Below the pieces are notes generated by a model. It was not told the DNA's origin. It made no database searches and saw nothing but the letters and a program-made list of their open reading frames with translations. Of a stretch of 64,000 bases of DNA, positions 9,985-19,010 are shown piece after piece (position 1 is the stretch's first letter; each line of letters opens with the position of its first letter). The position numbers were made by a program, and so were the translations under genes. The stretch comes from Alphaproteobacteria bacterium (GTDB taxonomy: Bacteria > Pseudomonadota > Alphaproteobacteria > RF32 > CAG-239): positions 67,745 through 131,744 of the forward strand of contig JBGULQ010000013.1 in NCBI GenBank assembly GCA_045116295.1. The letters are read 5' to 3'.

Positions 9985-10455
9985 ATGGATAAGTTTCCGT
10001 TGACCAAAGAAGGTTTTGCCTCTTTGGAACAAGAATTGAAGAATCTAAAAGGTGTTGAACGCCCAAATATTATTGCGGCAATTGCTGAAGCTCGTTCTCA
10101 TGGCGATTTGTCAGAAAATGCCGAATATCATGCGGCCAAAGAAAAACAAAGTTTTATTGAAGGTCGTATTCAGGAGCTTGAGGCAGTTGTAAGCCGCGCT
10201 CAGGTTATTGATACTTCGCTTAATAAAAGCGATGTTATTCGTTTTGGGGCAAAAGTTTTGCTGGTCGATGAAGATACCGACAAAGAAAGCAAATATCAAA
10301 TTGTCGGCGATTATGAAGCCGATATTGAAAAGAATAAAATTTCGGTTTCTTCCCCGTTGGCAAAAGCCCTCATCGGCAAAGAAGTCGGCGATGTTGCCGA
10401 ATATCTTGCGCCGGGAGGCAAAAAATCTTTCGAGATTTTAGAAATTTCGTATTAA
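9985..10455 (+). CDS. greA: Transcription elongation factor GreA
   Basis: 156 aa. [28 protein letters not shown] and a C-terminal [14 protein letters not shown] motif. Confidence 0.97.
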   Translation: MDKFPLTKEGFASLEQELKNLKGVERPNIIAAIAEARSHGDLSENAEYHAAKEKQSFIEGRIQELEAVVSRAQVIDTSLNKSDVIRFGAKVLLVDEDTDKESKYQIVGDYEADIEKNKISVSSPLAKALIGKEVGDVAEYLAPGGKKSFEILEISY

Positions 10456-10466
10456 ATTCCTTTAAG

Positions 10467-10494
10467 AACCGCTCTCGATGAGAGCGGTTTTTTA
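10467..10494 (+). terminator. greA rho-independent terminator
   Basis: Stem AACCGCTCT / AGAGCGGTT followed by TTTTT. Confidence 0.8.
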
Positions 10495-10590
10495 TATGTG
10501 TTTTAAGGGTGCATAATATATTGTTTTTATTTGAAATATAGAGTATACTATAATACAGTGCTTTTATGGTTTGTGTATTGGTATGGCGAT

Positions 10591-11502
10591 ATGGCATTTA
10601 AAAAGTATTTCTATATTGTAATTGCATCATATTTTATGCTATTCATGGTGTTTCCTGCTTTTGCCGGCTGGGAAACAGTGGATATTCTTGATTTTGGTGT
10701 TATTGAAGTTCGCCAAACTACAAATGTAAATATGAATTACTCAGGAAGTATATCGGGTTCTAATTCAATAATAAGTCATAGCGGTTAGCATAATGGGACA
10801 AGTAGATATACCAATAACGGGAATTCTAAAGTAAAGATATCACATAGTAACACGCAAAGTGACGCCCCTTTAACTTGTGTGACAAACTGTAGTGTAGGCA
10901 CTTCGTGTGATGTATATGTAACGAGATTTAGATTCAGTCGTAGCGTAGCAAATATTCAGGCAGGAGCGTCATTTGACTGGAATATAGGTGCTCAAATTGC
11001 CATACCTGGACCTCCTTGCCAAGGTGTATTTGAAGGCACTGCTTATTTAGAAGCTACAGTTGATAATGAATCACAGACATACCCATTAGCAGTAAAAATC
11101 GTTATAGGTGATCTTCCTGCTATAAGTGTAATTCCGCAAGATGAGTTGGATTTTGGAGATATATTGTCAACAGCAGCTTCAACAGTCACCGTCGGTACAA
11201 GTGGTGTAAGGACATGCTCGCCGGCTTCGGTATGTGTCGGAAACCAGAGTAGTCGCGGTAGTTTTAGAGTTGAGAGTTCATCGAATACCGCTCAAACAAT
11301 AAGTGTTGATTGTCCGAGTGGTGCTGTCCAAATGGGAAATGGAAGTAATTTTTATATTGATTCTTTTATATGTTCAACAAGCAGCAACAGTGTAAGTTCT
11401 TCTGCTCCGGCAACGGTAAATGTCGGGGCAACATTGCATGTGCCACAAGGTCAAGCCAGCGGTGAATATAATACAACTTATACGATTACGGTTAATAACT
11501 AA
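10591..11502 (+). pseudogene. Secreted tandem DUF4402-like protein interrupted by one in-frame TAG (10786-10788)
   Basis: ORFs 10531-10788 and 10879-11502 share a frame, and I find no other stop between them. The N-terminus (ATG 10591) has a signal peptide (MAFKKYFYIVIASYFMLFMVFPAFA). Two domains each begin with LDFG and end with a G.Y/F.. pattern (ELDFGDIL...SGEYNTTYTITVNN), as in DUF4402. Confidence 0.6.
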
Positions 11503-11549
11503 ATTAATAAATAATATCAAAGATTGGTGTGATATGACTGGTTGGAAAT

Positions 11550-11816
11550 GTCATTCCTCGCATAGCGCGGTGCGTCCGTGCGTCAAGTAATCTCGGCTTT
11601 AGTGCTTTGCACTGTTTTAATATTTTTTAAAAAAGTTGTAGATCCCTGGACGATTTTGCAAGCAAAATCGAGGGATGACTGTTGTTTTTTAGGATGACAA
11701 TAAACAGACTAGTCATGCCTCCGAGGACGACTGTCCGAGGTCAAGGCATCTTCAATATTTTTCTTAAAAAGTTGTAGATCCCTGGACGATTTTGCAGGCA
11801 AAATCGAGGGATGACG
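11550..11816. repeat. Cluster of four GTCAT...ATC hairpin repeat units
   Basis: Units are at 11550-11592 (+), 11641-11679 (reverse orientation), 11712-11750 (+) and 11777-11815 (reverse). The ~64-nt segments 11617-11680 and 11753-11816 are near-identical direct repeats. Confidence 0.8.
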
Positions 11817-11848
11817 TTTTTATGTTATGATTTTTCTATTTTATACAT

Positions 11849-11874
11849 TAAAAAAGGGAGCAAAATTTGCTCCC
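11849..11874 (-). terminator. Terminator of the small secreted-protein gene
   Basis: Stem GGGAGCA / TGCTCCC (11856-11862 / 11868-11874), with a T-run on the minus strand. Confidence 0.65.
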
Positions 11875-11893
11875 TTTATAATAAGTATTGATG

Positions 11894-12205
11894 TTATCTT
11901 AATTCATACACACACTCCGGATTACCAACACCACATCCGGCACCACCTTGAGAAACCGGAACATTGTCCGGACGCTTGCACTTACGTGTTGCATTGGTTG
12001 AGTATACAGCAGCAAAAGTATTATTATTGCCCTCTACCGTTGCGTCTAACGCCTGTTTAGCTGTGTAGGTAACACAAGGTTCTACAGATTTAACCTCATC
12101 TACAACCGGTGGGTTAACTGGTGTAATTACTCTAGGTTTCTTTCTAGCATCAGCATTAGAACTCCATACCAGAACCAACGCTAAAATTAACAATATTTTT
12201 TTCAT
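11894..12205 (-). CDS. Small secreted Cys-containing protein, no family recognised
   Basis: ORF 11894-12220. GAGGAG sits 7 nt before the ATG at 12205. Signal peptide MKKILLILALVLVWSSNADA, 4 Cys in the mature part. Confidence 0.6.
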   Translation of the reverse strand: MKKILLILALVLVWSSNADARKKPRVITPVNPPVVDEVKSVEPCVTYTAKQALDATVEGNNNTFAAVYSTNATRKCKRPDNVPVSQGGAGCGVGNPECVYELR

Positions 12206-12294
12206 GGCCATTCTCCTCAAAAATAATTGTTAAATCGCATTATACGGCAATGCGCACGTATTAATATTGCTATTAATACTTATGTTTATATTTT

Positions 12295-12434
12295 ACCATA
12301 AACGATGGTTTGTGGTGAGCAGGATAAATCACAATTTTGATGACCACATTAATACACTAACATATTGAAAATATTATGTTTTACCTTTGCGGTAAGAGGG
12401 TAAAAAATTGTTGATTTAAACCATCGTTTATGGT
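12295..12434. repeat. 140-bp element bounded by perfect 17-bp inverted repeats (MITE-like or structured RNA)
   Basis: ACCATAAACGATGGTTT (12295-12311) is the exact reverse complement of AAACCATCGTTTATGGT (12418-12434). An internal 7-bp hairpin TTTTACC/GGTAAAA lies at about 12379-12407. Confidence 0.7.
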
Positions 12435-12484
12435 GAAGCACGATAACTGCCGTCGTTATGCAATTAACAAGGAAAAACAAGGAA

Positions 12485-12593
12485 GATCCCTGGAATTTTT
12501 CGACAAGTCGAAAAATAGGGATGACTGTTTAATTAAAAATGTCATCGCTCCAAAAGCGCAAGTCTTTTGGTCAAGCGATCTTCAATATTTTTT
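12485..12593. repeat. Second cluster of GTCAT...ATC hairpin repeat units
   Basis: Units are at 12485-12525 (reverse orientation) and 12541-12580 (+). They are followed by the shared TTCAATATTTTTT tail also seen at 11751-11763. Confidence 0.8.
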
Positions 12594-12633
12594 AAAATGA
12601 CGTTTATCTTTATTCGAAACGGCTCATCCGCAT

Positions 12634-12654
12634 AAAAAAACGCCCTAAAAGGCG
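12634..12654 (-). terminator. Terminator downstream of tRNA-Ser
   Basis: Stem CGCC/GGCG with a 7-nt T-run on the minus strand. The stem is short, so confidence is modest. Confidence 0.45.
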
Positions 12655-12666
12655 AATAATCAAAAT

Positions 12667-12757
12667 TGGCGGATGAGGAGGGATTTGAACCCCCGTTACG
12701 GAGTTACCGTAAACACGATTTCGAATCGCGCGCATTCAGCCGCTCTGCCACTCATCC
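12667..12757 (-). tRNA. tRNA-Ser (anticodon CGA), long variable arm, CCA encoded
   Basis: Reverse complement is GGATGAG-TG-GCAGAGCGGCTGAATGC-G-CGCGA-TTCGAAA-TCGTG-(long variable arm)-GGGGG-TTCAAAT-CCCTC-CTCATCC-G-CCA. 7-bp acceptor stem, anticodon loop TTCGAAA. Confidence 0.93.
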
Positions 12758-12834
12758 TTACAATGAGTTCTTATTAAAATCAAATCACAAATTTTGCAAG
12801 CCCTTTTTTAATAAGCACAAACAAATGCCTTAAA

Positions 12835-13716
12835 TTATATATTATTAATAAGGCTCTGGTAGTACATAGATACTGCTTTCACTCGCGGCAAATTTTTAGT
12901 ATTATTATTGGCAATCAGGCACAAATTGAGCTTACAATTAAAATTAAATTTATCAAACCATACCAAACTATCACAATTTGTTTTTCTTGGCATAACACCG
13001 ACGACCAGTCCTTTTCTCACTGCTTCACTTACCGCATAAATAGAATTTGATGCAAAAGCATAGTACCGCGCTTTGCCCAACATTTCCTTCCACTCACGAT
13101 TAACGCCTAATTTTCCAAATTGACAGGCAATTCTATGATTTTCCAACAAATCATTCATATCTTTAGGCGTACCGTATTTTTGCAAATATTTTTTTGACGC
13201 CGCCAATCCAAACTCAATAGTTTTATGTGACACCAACGAATAATATTTTGATCTTTCATCAAAATCCAAAACTATCGCTAAATCAGCTCCCGATTCTTCA
13301 TATTTAGGAGACTCTACACTTGTTAACGAGGTTATTTTAACATCAGGATATTCTTCAAAAAATGCACCCAATTTATCACTAAAAAAGTCGATTCCACCAA
13401 TCAACGGAATGCATATTGATACCTCGCCTCTGCACTTATTATTTTCAGGCCGCTGATTATATATCTGATCCAATATATCCGTAACACTTTGTAGTTTTTC
13501 TACCATATTTTTTGCGCAAACCGTCAATTTGCAACCGTTTGTACTGTTGACCACCAACTGCACACCCAAATTCTGCTCCAGATTGTGCAAATATTTATTA
13601 ATTGTATCAATAGATGTGTTGATGTTTTCGGCAACTTTACGCTTGCTTCTATACTTATCAACGGCTAACAACATCATCAAGGCATTCAAATTTTGCAAAG
13701 ATCTTTTTGTTATCAT
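12835..13716 (-). CDS. LysR family transcriptional regulator
   Basis: 293 aa. The N-terminal wHTH pattern (LNALMMLLAVDKYRSKRKVAENINTSIDTINKYLHNLEQNLGVQL) and a LysR substrate-binding-size C-terminus. Divergent from the lysozyme gene. Confidence 0.85.
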   Translation of the reverse strand: MITKRSLQNLNALMMLLAVDKYRSKRKVAENINTSIDTINKYLHNLEQNLGVQLVVNSTNGCKLTVCAKNMVEKLQSVTDILDQIYNQRPENNKCRGEVSICIPLIGGIDFFSDKLGAFFEEYPDVKITSLTSVESPKYEESGADLAIVLDFDERSKYYSLVSHKTIEFGLAASKKYLQKYGTPKDMNDLLENHRIACQFGKLGVNREWKEMLGKARYYAFASNSIYAVSEAVRKGLVVGVMPRKTNCDSLVWFDKFNFNCKLNLCLIANNNTKNLPRVKAVSMYYQSLINNI

Positions 13717-13779
13717 CGCATACCTACATGAACAACTTTTTTAAGACAATAAAAAATATATTTAATTTTTACAAATTGC

Positions 13780-13834
13780 TACACCTATTTTTAGTTGTAT
13801 ACACCCTAATTTTTCGTACACCTAAAGTTGTATA
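13780..13834. promoter_or_regulatory. Two TACACCTA-Nx-AGTTGTATA dyad-like boxes (candidate LysR binding sites)
   Basis: TACACCTAtttttAGTTGTATA (13780-13801) and TACACCTAaAGTTGTATA (13817-13834). Each has TACA...TGTA dyad ends. They lie just upstream of the putative -35 of the lysozyme gene. Confidence 0.4.
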
Positions 13835-13852
13835 TTTTGTTTCACAAAAAAA

Positions 13853-13881
13853 TTGACAAAATTTCTATTTTTTGTTATCTT
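13853..13881 (+). promoter_or_regulatory. Putative sigma-70 promoter of the lysozyme gene
   Basis: TTGACA (13853-13858), 17-nt spacer, TATCTT (13876-13881). Confidence 0.4.
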
Positions 13882-13910
13882 ACCCTTCATAAACAATTAT
13901 TTTGAACATT

Positions 13911-14675
13911 ATGAAGAAATATTTTCTATTATTTGTACTCACGCTCTGCACATTGTTGCAGGCCTTCCCGCAAAACTATACTCTGAGAAGCGTAGTCACC
14001 TACATAGAAGACGATGAACCTCCTCCCGAGGTAACACCGCAAGATGAAGAAATCTATCTCAATCTTGAGGATGAACTTCTCATCTGCATTGCTTATGTAG
14101 AAGATTACAGCTCTACCGCATATTTTTGCGGAGCACGTTGGACAATCGGCTATGGTTTGACCTATTATCCTAACAACTCTTCGGTCAAACGTCATGACAC
14201 AATTAACAAGTTAACTGCCCAAAAATACACAAAGTACCACCTGCGAAAACGTGTCTTTCCATATGTAAACAAATACATAAAAAGAAAACTTACCCGTCAA
14301 GAATTGATTGGAACATGTATGTTTGTTTACAACATCGGATCGGGCAACTTTAAAAAGAGTGCTTTTTTAAAAGCCGTAAACAACGGGCTGTCGCCTTTGC
14401 AGTGTGCAAGACGTATGACAGAGTTTACAAAATCAGCCGGAAGATTTGCCCCCGGCCTCGTTAAAAGGAGCTGGATTCAAGCCGCCATTTATTGTGGTTA
14501 TCTCTCTCCTTACGACTTGCTGGATCTCAAACCTGCTGGTTTTTATAATGAAAGTGTCAGTTATTTTACCCTTGGACGCGCACAAGACGGTTATTACAAT
14601 TATAACTTTTCAAAGCTACAAGGGTTTCTCAAAAAGAACAAATGCTTATCTCACAGTGTTTTTGACATTCTTTAA
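13911..14675 (+). CDS. Secreted GH24 (phage-type) lysozyme family protein
   Basis: ORF 13902-14675 (TTG). The ATG at 13911 gives signal peptide MKKYFLLFVLTLCTLLQA. The core EDYSSTAYFCGARWTIGYGLT matches the GH24 E-x8-D-x5-T / TIGYG block, except that the Asp position reads Cys. Confidence 0.75.
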   Translation: MKKYFLLFVLTLCTLLQAFPQNYTLRSVVTYIEDDEPPPEVTPQDEEIYLNLEDELLICIAYVEDYSSTAYFCGARWTIGYGLTYYPNNSSVKRHDTINKLTAQKYTKYHLRKRVFPYVNKYIKRKLTRQELIGTCMFVYNIGSGNFKKSAFLKAVNNGLSPLQCARRMTEFTKSAGRFAPGLVKRSWIQAAIYCGYLSPYDLLDLKPAGFYNESVSYFTLGRAQDGYYNYNFSKLQGFLKKNKCLSHSVFDIL

Positions 14676-14677
14676 AA

Positions 14678-14712
14678 CAAAGAACCGTTGCTCTCCGGAG
14701 CAACGGTTCTTT
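14678..14712. terminator. Bidirectional terminator between the lysozyme gene and groEL
   Basis: Stem AGAACCGTTGCTC / GAGCAACGGTTCT at 14681-14709. Confidence 0.8.
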
Positions 14713-14729
14713 GTTATGCATTTTAATAA

Positions 14730-16382
<1,653 letters not shown>

Positions 16383-16387
16383 TTAAC

Positions 16388-16675
16388 TTATTCAACAATA
16401 CCCAACAAATCAGACTCTTTTACAATCAGTCTTTCTTCTCCATTAATCTTAACTTCTGTACCGCCCCACTTAGCAAACAGTACATGATCACCGACTTTAA
16501 CCGTCATCGGAATAATTTTCCCATCTTCGGTTCTGGCGCCGGTTCCAACAGCTTCAACAATCCCTTCAGACGGTTTTTCTTTAGCTGTATCCGGAATAAT
16601 AATTCCTCCGGCAGTTTTTGTAAGTTCATCAACTCTCTTAATTAGAACTCTGTCATATAATGGTCTGATATTCAT
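16388..16675 (-). CDS. groES: Co-chaperonin GroES
   Basis: 95 aa. [35 protein letters not shown]. Confidence 0.99.
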   Translation of the reverse strand: MNIRPLYDRVLIKRVDELTKTAGGIIIPDTAKEKPSEGIVEAVGTGARTEDGKIIPMTVKVGDHVLFAKWGGTEVKINGEERLIVKESDLLGIVE

Positions 16676-16749
16676 AGCCTTTAAACTCCTATAAAATTTT
16701 GCTATACTTTAGTTAGTGATTGTTTTTTTCAAAGTCAAGTTTTTGCACA

Positions 16750-16781
16750 AAAAAAATACCGGAACAATCCGGTACTTTTTT
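16750..16781 (-). terminator. Terminator of the ion-channel gene
   Basis: Stem TACCGGA / TCCGGTA (16757-16763 / 16768-16774), with T-runs. Confidence 0.75.
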
Positions 16782-16791
16782 ATTATCATTT

Positions 16792-17502
16792 CTACAATCT
16801 GGATTTTATCTTAAAATCTCTGCGTACTAACATTGTTAATACACTCAAAACAAAACTGATAACAAGCCAGAATGAGAGTATTGCAAACGTTGTAAAGAAA
16901 ATCCATGCATAAGGATAGATTCTCATAACCGGTCTTGCTATTGTTGATGCCCAGCCGTCAAAACTAAACGCTTGTATCATGCTGAACATTGCTGACCCCA
17001 AATCTGAGAATGCCGCAACATCTTCACCGAACAAAACCACTCCCATTACCCCAAAAACATAAATCACAACAGCAAGGATTGCACACATAGCCATCAAATT
17101 CGGCATAATCATCAGCATTACATTGACTAAGTTCTTGAGTTTTCTAAACTTACTTATATATTTCAACAATCTAAACAATCTAAATGTTCTCAAAATAACC
17201 AAATAATCCGCCCCCGGCAAGGATGATATTGCAATAACCGAAAAATCAAAAACATTCCACCCTGATTTAAAGAAACGCGGCCCATATGCGTACATTTTTA
17301 TCAGCATTTCAACAACAAAAATGGCCATACATATACGATCCAGCAAAAACATTGTCTTGATAAAATCAATATCTTCTACACCTATTGTCAGCATACCTAA
17401 AGCTAACGCATCAAGACAGATAACAAACATAATCAGGTAGTCAAAATTATTGCTTTCAACTACATGTTTGGCCTTTTCTCTTTCCTCAACAATATCAATC
17501 AT
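16792..17502 (-). CDS. Voltage-gated ion channel family protein (BacNaV/NaChBac-like, 6TM)
   Basis: 236 aa. S4-like LRTFRLFRLLKYISKFRKLK has a basic residue at every third position. The pore segment reads QAFSFDGWAS, against TLESWAS in NaChBac. Confidence 0.8.
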   Translation of the reverse strand: MIDIVEEREKAKHVVESNNFDYLIMFVICLDALALGMLTIGVEDIDFIKTMFLLDRICMAIFVVEMLIKMYAYGPRFFKSGWNVFDFSVIAISSLPGADYLVILRTFRLFRLLKYISKFRKLKNLVNVMLMIMPNLMAMCAILAVVIYVFGVMGVVLFGEDVAAFSDLGSAMFSMIQAFSFDGWASTIARPVMRIYPYAWIFFTTFAILSFWLVISFVLSVLTMLVRRDFKIKSRL

Positions 17503-17512
17503 TTTCAGTTCC

Positions 17513-18256
17513 TCAAAAAGCTACAAAATTTGCCACGGAATATACCATATATACCACCGCTGCCATTGTTAACGCCGGTCCAAAAGCTCCCGATTTCTGC
17601 CCTCTGACCAGCATATACACTCCAAATAATACGCAAGACGATAATATTGTAAAAAACAGTCCCCTTATACCCATCCAAGCACCTATTGCCGCCAACAACT
17701 TGATATCGCCGCCTCCAAAAGCATCTTTACTTTTTTTCAGCATAAACATCGACGCCAATACCGGAATAAAATATCCGAGCAACGCACCGATTGAGCTTTG
17801 CACTGTCCCTACAGCCGGAAAATCGCCATAAATATTTGTACCAACGCTTTCTACGCATGCAGAAAACACAAACCCAAAAATCAACAGCGGAACCGTCAAA
17901 ATATCCGGCAACAGAAAAATTCTGTAATCTATCTCGGCCAATAACGCTGCTATCCATGCAAACAGCATTCCTCCAATACAGATCGCCAAATTAAGACCGA
18001 ATTTTATCAGAAACAGAGAGAATACTCCGCCTAATCCCCCCAGCACGAGCGCATACATCAAACTTCTTAATCTATATTCTTTTACCAAACGCCTATACTC
18101 AACGCTTGTTTTTTTGGCATACTTGCGAGGTTTAATCAACATATAGAAAGCATAGGCCGGAGTGGCCGGCATAAACTTGGCAAAACGTCTGGCCATGCAG
18201 GGAATCAACCACCCCCACATCACACTTGTCACAATCAAAAAAAATCCCCAGAACAT
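17513..18256 (-). CDS. A24 family prepilin peptidase
   Basis: 247 aa polytopic membrane protein with the hallmark GGGDIKLLAAIGAWMG second-Asp motif. Confidence 0.8.
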   Translation of the reverse strand: MFWGFFLIVTSVMWGWLIPCMARRFAKFMPATPAYAFYMLIKPRKYAKKTSVEYRRLVKEYRLRSLMYALVLGGLGGVFSLFLIKFGLNLAICIGGMLFAWIAALLAEIDYRIFLLPDILTVPLLIFGFVFSACVESVGTNIYGDFPAVGTVQSSIGALLGYFIPVLASMFMLKKSKDAFGGGDIKLLAAIGAWMGIRGLFFTILSSCVLFGVYMLVRGQKSGAFGPALTMAAVVYMVYSVANFVAF

Positions 18257-18308
18257 TATTGCCCCCTCAATGCCAAGCTATCGCACAAAAGATAAAAAAT
18301 AATTAAAA

Positions 18309-19010
18309 TTATTCAAACATTCGGCAAAAATCTTGGCAATTTTCAATGCACAAATACGGGTTACACATTTTTTCCTCACCTAAAGAAACCGGAGCTGCAG
18401 AATATCCTTTCGCTAATCTTTCCTTGGTTTTTTGAGCATATTTTTCCCCGTTTTTACCTTGTAATGCGCTCAACCCATAAGCTGTATACTCATGTCCGGG
18501 GTAAAACAACACATCATCGGGCAATTTTTTTATTTTTTGCAAGGTTTTCCACATCTGTTCCGGCGATCCCTCAAACAGCCCGCCTATGCTTAGATTGAAA
18601 AGCGTATCGCCGGTAAAAAGAGCCTTTTCTTTTGGAAAATACCACAAAATATGACCTAACGTATGCCCATCGGCACTCATTATGTTCGCTTCGCAATCCC
18701 CTATCATAAAAACATCACCATCAACCAAACCGATGTCAAGCCCGTCTATTCTGTCGCTATCAGCCGCTGCTCCGACAATTTTTGCACCAAATAACGACTT
18801 AAGCTCCAAATTACCTTCTACATGATCAAAATGGTGATGTGTATTCAGCAAAAATTGCGGTTTAACATTTTGTCTTTCACACTCTCTTATAACCGGATCT
18901 GCCTCTGATGCATCCAAAACCGCCGCCGTTTTTGTGTTTTCATCAATCAAAAGATACGCATAATTATCCATTTTTCCGGGACGGCATAAAATTGAAACAA
19001 CCTTAAGCAC
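18309..19010 (-). CDS. gloB: Hydroxyacylglutathione hydrolase (glyoxalase II), MBL fold
   Basis: 233 aa. DNYAYLLID...THHHFDHVEGN...GHTLGHI...TGDTLF...PGHEYT. Confidence 0.9.
   Translation of the reverse strand: MLKVVSILCRPGKMDNYAYLLIDENTKTAAVLDASEADPVIRECERQNVKPQFLLNTHHHFDHVEGNLELKSLFGAKIVGAAADSDRIDGLDIGLVDGDVFMIGDCEANIMSADGHTLGHILWYFPKEKALFTGDTLFNLSIGGLFEGSPEQMWKTLQKIKKLPDDVLFYPGHEYTAYGLSALQGKNGEKYAQKTKERLAKGYSAAPVSLGEEKMCNPYLCIENCQDFCRMFE

Noticed and set aside
10786-10788. In-frame TAG as programmed recoding (pyrrolysine or suppressor readthrough)
   Set aside because: No pyl genes or PYLIS-like context are visible. TAG serves as an ordinary stop for other genes in the window. A nonsense mutation or sequencing error is more parsimonious.
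16676-16760. Looked for a CIRCE operator (TTAGCACTC-N9-GAGTGCTAA) or a clear sigma-32 promoter upstream of groES
   Set aside because: No CIRCE-like inverted repeat is present. A TTGACT -35-like hexamer exists, but the best -10 candidate (TAACTA) is weak, so I do not call a promoter.
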